Shown here piece after piece: positions 25,073-33,724 of a DNA stretch of 41,998 nucleotides (position 1 is the first letter of the stretch; each line of letters begins with the position of its first letter). Position numbers and translations under genes: made by a program. Below the pieces are notes generated by a model that saw nothing but the letters and a program-made list of their open reading frames with translations, had not been told where the DNA came from and ran no database searches. The DNA comes from an uncultured Atopobiaceae bacterium (GTDB taxonomy: Bacteria; Actinomycetota; Coriobacteriia; Coriobacteriales; Atopobiaceae): positions 1 through 41,998 of the forward strand of contig CAAGLU010000323.1 of the NCBI GenBank assembly GCA_900770865.1, given 5' to 3'.

Positions 25073-26080
25073 ATGTCGCTCAACCCCTCAATCGGCCTCG
25101 CGGCCATCGCAGTCCAGAAGGACCGCGACACCCCGGCAACCCAGCCCACGTACCTCCACGGCCTCACTGGTGGCACGCCGTTCGGCGCGTCGCGCTCCAT
25201 CGCCAACACGCCCGTCGCGTGCGGCACCCGCGCGCCCTCCGACGCCAGGGTTGACTCCATCGAGGTGACCCCCTCCATCCAGGCGCTCTGCTACCCTGAC
25301 GTGTTCGGCCTCTACCTCTACGCCGCCATGGGTGCGTGCGAGTCCTCCGAGGTCTCTGGCAAGGAGGGCTACTACAAGCACGTGTTCACCATGGGCCAGA
25401 AGGTTCCCTACTGCACCATCTGGTCCCAGATTGGCACGAACAACTTCACCCGCTCTGACGGCTGCAAGCTCGGCACGCTGACCATCAGCGCCACCGGCAA
25501 CGAGCACCTGTCCATGCAGGCTGACTTCCAGGGCATCGACGCCGAGGTTGGCATCGCGTCCATCCCAGGCTCCCTCGCCGCGTCCTGCTTCTCCGGCAAG
25601 TACACCACCACGGACTGCGAGTTCAAGCTCGACGCAGCCGGGAACACCCCCGCCGAGGCCCTGGTCTCCGAGGCCAGCTTCACGTTCGAGAACAACCTGT
25701 CCTCGCTCACGTCCCTCGGTCGCGTCACGCCGCGCGACATCGCCGAGGGCAACCTGTCCGCTGGCTGCTCGGTGACCACCATCCCGGATGACATCGCCGA
25801 GTACAAGAAGCTCATGACCGGCTCCGCGAGCGCCACGAAGCTCACGGGCAAGGTTGTCATGGGCAGCGTGTACGCTAAGTTCTTCCACACGGATGACCCG
25901 AACATGACGCTTGAGTTCCAGGTCAACCACTGCCCGTTCACCGCAGAGTTCCCTGAGGTCGACCCCGAGGGTTCCGAGGCCACCATCCAGTTCTCGACGG
26001 ACGCCGCAATCATCACCTCCGCAGCCGAGTCCCCGGTCACCGTCACGCTCGTGAACAAGACCGCCTCCTATCTCGCATAG
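25073..26080 (+). CDS. Major tail (tube) protein
   Basis: 335 aa, TAAGGAG RBS, strongly biased codons, YKHVFT...SFTFENNL...VTVTLVN tail-tube pattern. Confidence 0.82.
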   Translation: MSLNPSIGLAAIAVQKDRDTPATQPTYLHGLTGGTPFGASRSIANTPVACGTRAPSDARVDSIEVTPSIQALCYPDVFGLYLYAAMGACESSEVSGKEGYYKHVFTMGQKVPYCTIWSQIGTNNFTRSDGCKLGTLTISATGNEHLSMQADFQGIDAEVGIASIPGSLAASCFSGKYTTTDCEFKLDAAGNTPAEALVSEASFTFENNLSSLTSLGRVTPRDIAEGNLSAGCSVTTIPDDIAEYKKLMTGSASATKLTGKVVMGSVYAKFFHTDDPNMTLEFQVNHCPFTAEFPEVDPEGSEATIQFSTDAAIITSAAESPVTVTLVNKTASYLA

Positions 26081-26158
26081 CGGGGCATCTGCAGGGCGAT
26101 TTGACTCGGGGGCCAGGGCGCCGTGCCTCTGGCCCCCACGGACGCGCGGGGAGACCAA

Positions 26159-26596
26159 TTGGACACCTACAAGAAGCTTCTCTACTGGTTCCTCACCACC
26201 TGCATCGCGGCAGTGATGGGCGCCGTGCAGATGGGCGTGGACCCCCGCACGGACAAGACCGTGATGACTTGGGTGTGCGTGCTCGCCATCGCTGGCGTCA
26301 TCTACGCCGTCGCGCAGCTCTACGTGACGGTCAGGAACCGCGAGGAGCAGACCGCAAAGCACGATGCGCTCATCGACTCGGCAATGAAGGTTCTGCTGCG
26401 CCAGAAGCTCGTGAGCGAGCATGACAGACTCATGGGCATAGGCTCCGCCAACGACACGCAGCGCAGGTCCTGGCAGGCGTCTTACGAGACGTACGAGGCG
26501 CTGTGCGACGTGACGGGGGACAGCAACGGGGTCATCGACGTGTACAGGGAGCACGTGATGGCCCTTCCAAGCGACAAGGGAGGAGACCAGAGATGA
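26159..26596 (+). CDS. Two-TM lysis-module membrane protein (holin-like)
   Basis: Two hydrophobic helices followed by LLRQKL...YETYEAL...NG; TTG start after GGGGAG (the track start is 26123). Confidence 0.65.
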   Translation: MDTYKKLLYWFLTTCIAAVMGAVQMGVDPRTDKTVMTWVCVLAIAGVIYAVAQLYVTVRNREEQTAKHDALIDSAMKVLLRQKLVSEHDRLMGIGSANDTQRRSWQASYETYEALCDVTGDSNGVIDVYREHVMALPSDKGGDQR

Positions 26597-26808
26597 ACTA
26601 CATCGTACCGGACAGGGCGTACAAGGCCCTCAAGTGGCTCGGACTCATCGCGTGCCCAGCGCTCGCGGTGTTCGTGGGCACGGTAGGCCCGGTGTGGGGC
26701 TGGCCGAACGTAGACGCATGGGTGACCACAATCAACGCGGCAGGCGTGCTCGTTGGCGCCCTACTCGGCATCTCTGCGGCCACCGCAAGGCCAACCGACG
26801 ATGACTAG
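26593..26808 (+). CDS. Holin (Dp-1-like family)
   Basis: YKALKWLGLIACPALAVFVGTVGPVWGWP...TTINAAGVLVGALLGIS; AGGAG RBS. Confidence 0.85.
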   Translation: MNYIVPDRAYKALKWLGLIACPALAVFVGTVGPVWGWPNVDAWVTTINAAGVLVGALLGISAATARPTDDD

Positions 26809-26989
26809 CGACAAGCCACCGACGTGCCCGCTCTGTGGCGCGGAGATGCGCGAGGAGCTGGGCATGGAGCGCAGCCACGAGGGGCTGGTCCAGCGCTGGT
26901 GGACGTGCCCCAGGTGCCTGCACCGGCAGACCACAATCGAGGAGGAAGGCCATGGAAGAGGACGAGAAGCGGAAGAGCGACGGCCTTGA
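26801..26989 (+). CDS. Small Zn-ribbon protein within the lysis cassette
   Basis: CPLCGAEM...WTCPRC; overlaps the holin stop. Confidence 0.55.
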   Translation: MTSDKPPTCPLCGAEMREELGMERSHEGLVQRWWTCPRCLHRQTTIEEEGHGRGREAEERRP

Positions 26990-27009
26990 GCAGGACGGGA
27001 GGGGAGAGG

Positions 27010-27834
27010 ATGACAACTAGCGGCCTCTGCACCTACCGGAACACTGACCACAGCAAGAGCAGCCCGCGCTACGGCAACCGCGTATGCAAGATTACGCCGC
27101 ACTACATGGCCGCGAACTGGACAGGGCGGCACTGCGCGGACTACCTTGCGGAGACACCGCGAGAGGCGAGCGCTAACTACTGCATCGGTAGCGGCGGTGA
27201 CATCGCCCAGAACGTAGACGAGGACCTCCGCGCCTGGACCTCGTCCAGCGCCTGGAACGACCGCAGGGCAATCACCATCGAGTGCGCAGACGTTGACAAC
27301 GCCACGGGCGAGATGACACAGGCCACGTGGAGCGCGCTCGTTGCCCTCTGCGTGGACGTCTGCAGGCGCTACGGATTCCGCCTTGAGTACACGGGAGACA
27401 GCAGCGGCTCCCTCACGGAGCACCGCATGTACGCAGCGACGGCGTGCCCAGGCCCGTGGCTCCACGAGCGCATGGGGCTTCTCGCCAGCGCGGTAAACGA
27501 AATCCTCGACGGGGGCGGCAGTGCGCTCGAAGAGGACACACCGACCATGGAAGAGGTAGACGAAATGGCAGCACAGGGAATGGGCGTCATCGTAAACCCG
27601 CAGAACGCAATCTCGGCGGGCCACCCGGGCGGGCTGTACCGCCTCACCGCAGACAATGTTTTCCACTACAGCAACGCCGACCAGCCGCGCGCTGACGATA
27701 TCCTCTCTGAGGCACTGTGCGGCGAGTCGGTGAAGAGGCTCGACATGGCGCCCTACGGCTCCGACCCGTGGTTCGACCGCATGGTGCAGGCGCGCGGAGG
27801 CTGGGACAAGGTAATCGACTGTCCCGCGGATTAG
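27010..27834 (+). CDS. Endolysin, N-acetylmuramoyl-L-alanine amidase (Amidase_2)
   Basis: KITPHYMA, ASANYCIG, RAWTSSS, ITIECAD and TEHRMYAATACPG Zn-amidase motifs. Confidence 0.9.
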   Translation: MTTSGLCTYRNTDHSKSSPRYGNRVCKITPHYMAANWTGRHCADYLAETPREASANYCIGSGGDIAQNVDEDLRAWTSSSAWNDRRAITIECADVDNATGEMTQATWSALVALCVDVCRRYGFRLEYTGDSSGSLTEHRMYAATACPGPWLHERMGLLASAVNEILDGGGSALEEDTPTMEEVDEMAAQGMGVIVNPQNAISAGHPGGLYRLTADNVFHYSNADQPRADDILSEALCGESVKRLDMAPYGSDPWFDRMVQARGGWDKVIDCPAD

Positions 27835-27909
27835 CGGTTCGCCGCAAAGGCATTGTTGAGGCGCCCTCGCACCAGCTGGGGTGCCTTATTGTTATCCTTG
27901 TGCCAGTAA

Positions 27910-27953
27910 ACCCCTCGGCCTCCCAACGGTGCCCAACTGAGGGGTCTTTTTTT
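27910..27953 (+). terminator. Rho-independent terminator after the endolysin
   Basis: ACCCCTCGG...CTGAGGGGT stem followed by T7. Confidence 0.8.
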
Positions 27954-28058
27954 GTTTGCGCAGGCAGACGGCTTGTCGAGAGCCTCTCTGAGGCCATATC
28001 TGCAAGGCGGTGGGCAATCACATGCTGGAATGCGGCCACCATCGCGCAGCGCTTGGCG

Positions 28059-28080
28059 CGGGGGACACCGCACGGAACAT
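28059..28080 (+). promoter_or_regulatory. Late-promoter-like motif, copy 5, upstream of the tail chaperone
   Basis: CGGGGGAC-ACCGCACG-GAACAT between the terminator and the chaperone RBS. Confidence 0.65.
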
Positions 28081-28115
28081 GTTGCCGTGGCAAGTCACCT
28101 ACCTAGGAGGGTCCC

Positions 28116-28502
28116 ATGGCAAGCAGGAAGTGGTTCGAGTTCGCAAACCCCGAGACCGGAAAGAGGGAGTTCGCGTGCCCCGCGCTCGACGGCCAGAACA
28201 TCGTTGCGGGGCAGGCCGTCGCTGCGTCAGGCGTCGGCGGCGGCGAGATGGCCAGCATCGCCCGCGCCGCAGTGTGGGCAGCGCTCAGCGCTGACGCAAA
28301 GGGGCACAAGGTGCTTCCCAAGGGCGTGAGGCGCACGTCCGACCCGGAGGCGTTCGTCCAGGCCATGGCGAAGGCCGTTGACTCCGGGTTCGTAATCGAC
28401 TTCTACGACCGGTTCAACGTCTCGTTCAACACCGAGGACGTGGATGACGGGGACGGCACCGTGGACAAAAACCCTACGGGTACGAGTCCCGAATCCTTGT
28501 AA
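28116..28502 (+). CDS. Tail assembly chaperone (gpG-like)
   Basis: AGGAGG RBS; lies upstream of the tape measure; ends with slippery A-AAC-CCT at 28469-28475. Confidence 0.75.
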   Translation: MASRKWFEFANPETGKREFACPALDGQNIVAGQAVAASGVGGGEMASIARAAVWAALSADAKGHKVLPKGVRRTSDPEAFVQAMAKAVDSGFVIDFYDRFNVSFNTEDVDDGDGTVDKNPTGTSPESL

Positions 28503-28738
28503 AGATGTCCCGCTACACGGGTTCCGGCGTCATGGAGCTGCTGGGACTCGCGTGCGGGTTCCCAATGCTCTTCGAGCAGGCGTACTTCGACCTTGAGGCG
28601 CAGCTTGAGGAGCAGAGGGCGCAGGAGGCCCCGACGTGGAGGAGGAAGGGCGAGAGGGCCACAGACGCTCGTGACCGGCTCAGGGCAGAGCGCGAGGCCA
28701 GCAAGGCACGTCTAGGGGTCGCGCATGTACACGATTGA
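28469..28738 (+). CDS. -1 frameshift extension of the tail chaperone (gpGT-like)
   Basis: The -1 frame is open from the slippery heptamer (PYGYESRILVKMSRYTG...) to the stop at 28738. Track ORF 28505..28738 lacks its own RBS. Confidence 0.7.
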   Translation, partial: KPYGYESRILVKMSRYTGSGVMELLGLACGFPMLFEQAYFDLEAQLEEQRAQEAPTWRRKGERATDARDRLRAEREASKARLGVAHVHD

Positions 28739-29162
28739 GGTGCAGGGTCTTGACGAGACCGTAGCCCAGCTCAGGGAGCTGGACAGGAGGCTCGCGTCGG
28801 ACCTGAAGAAGGAAGTCAAAGAGATTGCGCAGCCGACTCTCTCGAAGGCGAAGGGGTTCGCCGGGGGAGTCGGCTTGTTTCCAACGGGGCACTACGCCGC
28901 GTCGCTCTCGCTCAAGACGTACGCAAACGGGGTCAAGTTCGTGTCGAACGACCCAGGCGCAGGCGTAATCGAGTTCGCGAACCCAGGGGCGCTCATCCTC
29001 ACCGGCGAGCGTGCTGGCAGGCGCGCGGGTGTGCCGGTCGGCAGCATGCCTCCGCGCGCGCTCCTCAAGGCAATCCTAGAGGACGAGGAGCACATCGTCG
29101 AGAAGGTCAACGAGAAGGTAATCGAGTACTGCGACTGGAACGTGGGGGCCATCCATGGGTAA
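28725..29162 (+). CDS. HK97 gp10-like tail completion/morphogenesis protein
   Basis: MYTIEVQGLDETVAQLREL...TGHYAASL...IEFA pattern. Confidence 0.65.
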   Translation: MYTIEVQGLDETVAQLRELDRRLASDLKKEVKEIAQPTLSKAKGFAGGVGLFPTGHYAASLSLKTYANGVKFVSNDPGAGVIEFANPGALILTGERAGRRAGVPVGSMPPRALLKAILEDEEHIVEKVNEKVIEYCDWNVGAIHG

Positions 29163-32100
29163 GGCATCAATTTCAATTGCCATCGGCGCGCTCTGGAACG
29201 GCCAGACGCAGATAGACGCCGTGACCAACAGCATCCAGCGCATGGCGCTCAACTGCGCCAAGTCCAGCGCCTCAACCACCCAGGCACTCGCCATCCAGGG
29301 CGAGAAGTGGGTGGACCTAGGCAACAGGATTCACAACGCAGGCACCAACATAGCCAACGTGGGTGACACGCTCACCACCGCGATAACCGTACCCATGACG
29401 AAGGTGGGTGGGTACTGCGTGGACCAGGCAGTGAGCTTCGACACGGCCATCGCCAACCTGCGCAAGACCTCGGACCTCACCGCAGACCAGCTGGACGCGC
29501 TGGGGCAGGCGGCAATCGAGGCGTCTCAGCAGCAGCCGGTCGACGCGGCGACGATAGTCAACATCGAGGCGCTGGGTGCGCAGCTCGGCGTGGCAGATGA
29601 CCAGCTAGAGTCGTTCTCTAAGACCGTCTCAGGCCTGGACATAGCGACGAACATGGACGCCGACACCGCAGCGACGGAGATGGCACGGTTCGCCAACATC
29701 ACCGGCATGGCCGAGAGCGAGTTCTCGAACTACGGCTCGACCATCGTAGCAATCGGCAACAACATGGCAACCACCGAGTCTGAGGTGTCGAACCTCGCGC
29801 AGCGGTTCGCCTCGGCTGGCACGGCTGCTGGCATGTCGCAGGCTGACATCCTCGGCGTGTCCGGCGCGCTCTCGTCCCTCGGCGTCAAGGCGGAGATGGG
29901 CGGCTCCGCGATGTCGCAGACCGTCAACGCAATCGGCGTTGCCGTCTCCAAGGGCGGTGACGATTTGCAGGCGTTCGCCGACAAGGCGGGCATGAGCGCC
30001 GACGAGTTCGCGGCATCGTGGAGGGATGATGCCGCAGGCACGCTGAACACGCTCGTGGAGAACATGGGCAAGTCCGTCGCGGCTGGCGAGGACGTGAACG
30101 TGATGCTCTCGGACCTCGGCATCACCGGCATCCGCCAGTCCGACGTGATGCGCCGCCTCATCGACTCCACCGAAGCCGTGACCGGCAAACAGTCCGTCCT
30201 CGCAAGCGCACTCGACCTGTCGCGCAACGCCTGGGAGGAGAACACCGCGCTGCAGACCGAGGTCGACCAGCGCAACGAGTCCATGCAGTCGCGCCTCGAC
30301 GTGCTCAAGAACAAGGTGAACGCGGTGGCAATCGAGGTGGGCACCCCGCTCACCGAGGCGCTCATCGACGCGATGGACGCCCTGCAGCCGCTCTTCCAGG
30401 GCGTGGCGGACGCGGCCCAGGCGTTCGCCGACATGGACGAGGAGGACCAGAAGGCCATCCTCTCGCTCGCTGGGGTAGTGACCGCCGCTGGACCCGTGCT
30501 CTCAACGGTCGGGCGCCTCGTCCAGGGAATCGGCAACGTCAACGCCGAGTGGGGCAAGGCGCAGGAGAAGGCCGCGATATACGGGGACGCCCTCAACACC
30601 GTCGACGGCTCGCAGATGCGCAACTACGCAAGCTCAAAGGAGATGGCGGCGCAGCTCGGCTCCGTGCAGAACGCCGCCGCGAAGGCCGCAGGCGGCGCTG
30701 ACAAGTACGTGAGCGCCTGGGAGGGCATGACAGACAGCGCGAAGGTCGTGCGCGACACCACGACTAAGATTGACGCGCTCTCAGAAAAGCAGAAGGGACT
30801 CGGGGAGGAGTCCGTCAAGGCCAAGGCGAAGATTGAGAAGCAGATTGGCGCGCTTGAGGAGCAGAGGAATACTGCGAAGAAGGCGTACGAGGACAACGCC
30901 ACGCTCGTCACCGCATGGTCCAAGTCCTCGTCTGAGGCCACTAAGGCAGCGGATGGTATCGGATATCTCTCCGACAGCCTTGAGCGCGTCAAGACCGGGA
31001 CCACCGACACCGCGCAGAAGATGCAGGCGGTGGCCCAGAGCACGAGCGGCATCAAGGGAGCGGCCTCAAAGGCCGGTGACGCGCTGGCAAACCTGGAGTC
31101 GAAGGCTGGGCAGGCGGCATCAAACATCGGCTCCGGCCTGTCGAACGGGATGAAGCTGGCCGCAAGCTCCGCGCTGGACATGGCAAAGAACTTCGCAGTG
31201 GGCGCACTGCAGGCAGGTGCCGTGAGCCTCGCAATCGCCGGTGTGACGTTTGTAGTTGGCAAGCTTGTCGACTACTACCAGAAGCAGAAGGAGCGCTCTG
31301 ACAACCTAGCCAAGGCCACAGACGGCCTCACCGAGGCCACGAACAAGAGCATAAAGGCAGCTACGGACCAGAGCGTAGCCTACGAGGATTCCAAGACGTC
31401 GCTGTACGACGCCAGGGATGCAGTCGACAAGGCCGTAGAGTCCCAGGCTCGGCTCGTTGACTCAATCGGCTCCACCAACACCGAGGCCTCCGCGCAGATG
31501 GGCCAGCTGCAGGCGGCGTACTCGGTCATAAAGGAGTATGCGAACCAGACGGGCCTATCGACGCAGGAGCAGGGAAAGCTCAAGGCCGCAGTGGACACGT
31601 TCAACGGGATAGCCGGGACGTCAATCGACGTGATAGACGCCGAGAACGGGAAGCTGGCCGAGAACGGCGAGGCCATAGACAACGTCACGACAAAGCTCGG
31701 CGGATACGTGCAGCAGAAGCTTGAGCAGATTCGCCTTGAGGCGTACCAGGAGAGGCTCAAGGAACTCTACGAGCAGCAGGCTGTGGACATTCAGGCGCTT
31801 GCGACCGCCCAGAAGGCGTACAACGACGAGATGGCGTCCATCGGCGACAAGGATACGTACATCCAGAACTACATCGACAAGTACAAAGAGCTAAACCCGC
31901 TTGTCGACATCTCTGCGGAGAAGCTGCAGGAGATGGCCGAGAAGGCTTACGACAACGCAACCGCATCCGCTTACGCAAACTCTGGAATCGAGGACGCGCA
32001 GAGCGCACTCGAAACCCTGAATGGGTCCATAGAGATAACCGAGGCGGCAATGGGTGCAACCGCGTCAGCTACAGACGGGCTGTCCAATAGTGTGCAGACG

Positions 32101-33714
32101 TGGGCGCAGGCGAACGTCGCAATCACGAGTTCGTGCGAGGGCGCCGGAAAGGACCTGCAGCAGTTCTCTCAGGACCTGGCCGACACCGGTCTTTCGACCG
32201 AACAGCTCAAGGACATTACCGACGAGCAGTGGACGCAGATAGTTGCCGCCTACGACGAAAACAGCAAGTCTATAGTGGACGCCCTTGACGGACTTGGCAT
32301 CGACATGGGCGATTCCGGTGACCGTGCGGTACGCGCCCTCGCCGACGCCATGCTGAGCGGACGCGACGGGGTCACTGACTCTGCGTCTCAGCTCATTCAG
32401 GCAGCAGAGAGCGGTGACTGGTCAGGCCTCTCGGCTGCGATGCAGGAGCACGGCATCCACATACCAGAGGAGCTTGCCACAGCCCTCTCCTCAAACAGCG
32501 GCGCACCCAGCGAGGCCGCGAGCCGCATGCTCTCCATCGTGGCGCTCAAGCTCGCTGGCGGTGACGTGGACAAGGCCGCTGAGATTCTCGGCGGTGACAT
32601 CGACGCCGGACTCGCTGAGGGAATCCAGAACGGAACGCTCTCGGAGGAGGAGGCGGCTACCCTTGGCGAAGACGTGCTCGAAGCATCGAAGCAGTCCCTC
32701 GACTCGCACTCGCCGTCCGTTAAGTTCGAGGAGCTTGGCGCGGACGTGGACGCGGGCCTCGCCAACGGCATCGACGGCAACACGGACGGGCCTACCACGA
32801 GCGCCTCGAACCTCGGGCAGGCCGTGATAGACGGAGTCGGTGACCTCGTGTCCAAGCTCACCGATGTAGGCTCGAACTCTGGGTCAGGGTTCGCCAACGG
32901 CATCCTCGGGTGGTCTGGCTCCGCGCAGGAGTCCGGTGCGGCGCTCAAGGCCGGTGCCGAGGGCGGCGTGGATGGCACGGCTGGCACGCTCTCGACCGAG
33001 GGCACGAGCGCCGGTAGCCTCTTCTCAGCTGGCCTCTCGTCGTTCGTCGGAAGCGCCACGAGCGCAGCGGGCAGGCTCTTCTCCGGCGTCGTTGGCGCCA
33101 CGTCTGGCACGCCTGACAGGCTCGGCGGGTTCGGCAGCAGCGCGTCCGGCAAGTTCGCCTCTGGCCTCGGGGCGAACGCGTACGCTGTCACGCAGCAGGC
33201 CAACGCCATCGCGAACAACGCCATGAAGGCAGGGAACTACGGCAACTCGTACGAGTGGGGCACCCACCTTTCCGGGAACTTCGCATCAGGCATCAGGGCC
33301 GGTCTCGGGTGGGTCTCGGAGGCTGCGCGCAACATCGCCAACACGGCGGCAAACATCCTGCACTTCTCGGTGCCGAGGGAAGGCCCGTGGTCCGGTAGCG
33401 AGCGCGGCGGCGTCACATCGGGCATGCACCTGGCAGAGAACATCGCCTCTGGCATGATGCGTGGGGTCCCGGAGGTAGAGCGCGCGGCAATGGCCGTCGC
33501 GAGCGCATCCCAGGTGCCTGTCCCCACCATCGGCGCGCGTGCGGTAGGCGTGGGAGGCTCGAAGTACGGGGACCTCGGGCGCACCATTGGTGGCACCACG
33601 AACAACTGGAACCTGACCATCAACGGGGCGCAGATGCAGGGCGCGTCACCGAGGGCGCAGGAACTCATCGGGGAGCTGTTCGGAGAGTTCGGCCTGGTCG
33701 CGAGCATGTCTTAG
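29155..33714 (+). CDS. Tail tape measure protein (TP901-type core)
   Basis: 1519 aa, Ala-rich and helical; AVSFDTAIANLRKT, GNNMATTESEV, GVKAEMGGSAMS; C-terminal LHFSVPREGP. Confidence 0.95.
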   Translation: MGKASISIAIGALWNGQTQIDAVTNSIQRMALNCAKSSASTTQALAIQGEKWVDLGNRIHNAGTNIANVGDTLTTAITVPMTKVGGYCVDQAVSFDTAIANLRKTSDLTADQLDALGQAAIEASQQQPVDAATIVNIEALGAQLGVADDQLESFSKTVSGLDIATNMDADTAATEMARFANITGMAESEFSNYGSTIVAIGNNMATTESEVSNLAQRFASAGTAAGMSQADILGVSGALSSLGVKAEMGGSAMSQTVNAIGVAVSKGGDDLQAFADKAGMSADEFAASWRDDAAGTLNTLVENMGKSVAAGEDVNVMLSDLGITGIRQSDVMRRLIDSTEAVTGKQSVLASALDLSRNAWEENTALQTEVDQRNESMQSRLDVLKNKVNAVAIEVGTPLTEALIDAMDALQPLFQGVADAAQAFADMDEEDQKAILSLAGVVTAAGPVLSTVGRLVQGIGNVNAEWGKAQEKAAIYGDALNTVDGSQMRNYASSKEMAAQLGSVQNAAAKAAGGADKYVSAWEGMTDSAKVVRDTTTKIDALSEKQKGLGEESVKAKAKIEKQIGALEEQRNTAKKAYEDNATLVTAWSKSSSEATKAADGIGYLSDSLERVKTGTTDTAQKMQAVAQSTSGIKGAASKAGDALANLESKAGQAASNIGSGLSNGMKLAASSALDMAKNFAVGALQAGAVSLAIAGVTFVVGKLVDYYQKQKERSDNLAKATDGLTEATNKSIKAATDQSVAYEDSKTSLYDARDAVDKAVESQARLVDSIGSTNTEASAQMGQLQAAYSVIKEYANQTGLSTQEQGKLKAAVDTFNGIAGTSIDVIDAENGKLAENGEAIDNVTTKLGGYVQQKLEQIRLEAYQERLKELYEQQAVDIQALATAQKAYNDEMASIGDKDTYIQNYIDKYKELNPLVDISAEKLQEMAEKAYDNATASAYANSGIEDAQSALETLNGSIEITEAAMGATASATDGLSNSVQTWAQANVAITSSCEGAGKDLQQFSQDLADTGLSTEQLKDITDEQWTQIVAAYDENSKSIVDALDGLGIDMGDSGDRAVRALADAMLSGRDGVTDSASQLIQAAESGDWSGLSAAMQEHGIHIPEELATALSSNSGAPSEAASRMLSIVALKLAGGDVDKAAEILGGDIDAGLAEGIQNGTLSEEEAATLGEDVLEASKQSLDSHSPSVKFEELGADVDAGLANGIDGNTDGPTTSASNLGQAVIDGVGDLVSKLTDVGSNSGSGFANGILGWSGSAQESGAALKAGAEGGVDGTAGTLSTEGTSAGSLFSAGLSSFVGSATSAAGRLFSGVVGATSGTPDRLGGFGSSASGKFASGLGANAYAVTQQANAIANNAMKAGNYGNSYEWGTHLSGNFASGIRAGLGWVSEAARNIANTAANILHFSVPREGPWSGSERGGVTSGMHLAENIASGMMRGVPEVERAAMAVASASQVPVPTIGARAVGVGGSKYGDLGRTIGGTTNNWNLTINGAQMQGASPRAQELIGELFGEFGLVASMS

Positions 33715-33724
33715 GGGATGCGGG

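Noticed and set aside
25088..26554. Long antisense ORFs (also 8142..9317, 29730..30623, 22883..23548, 1219..1986)
   Set aside because: These are shadow frames of well-supported high-GC genes, with no RBS or recognisable motifs.
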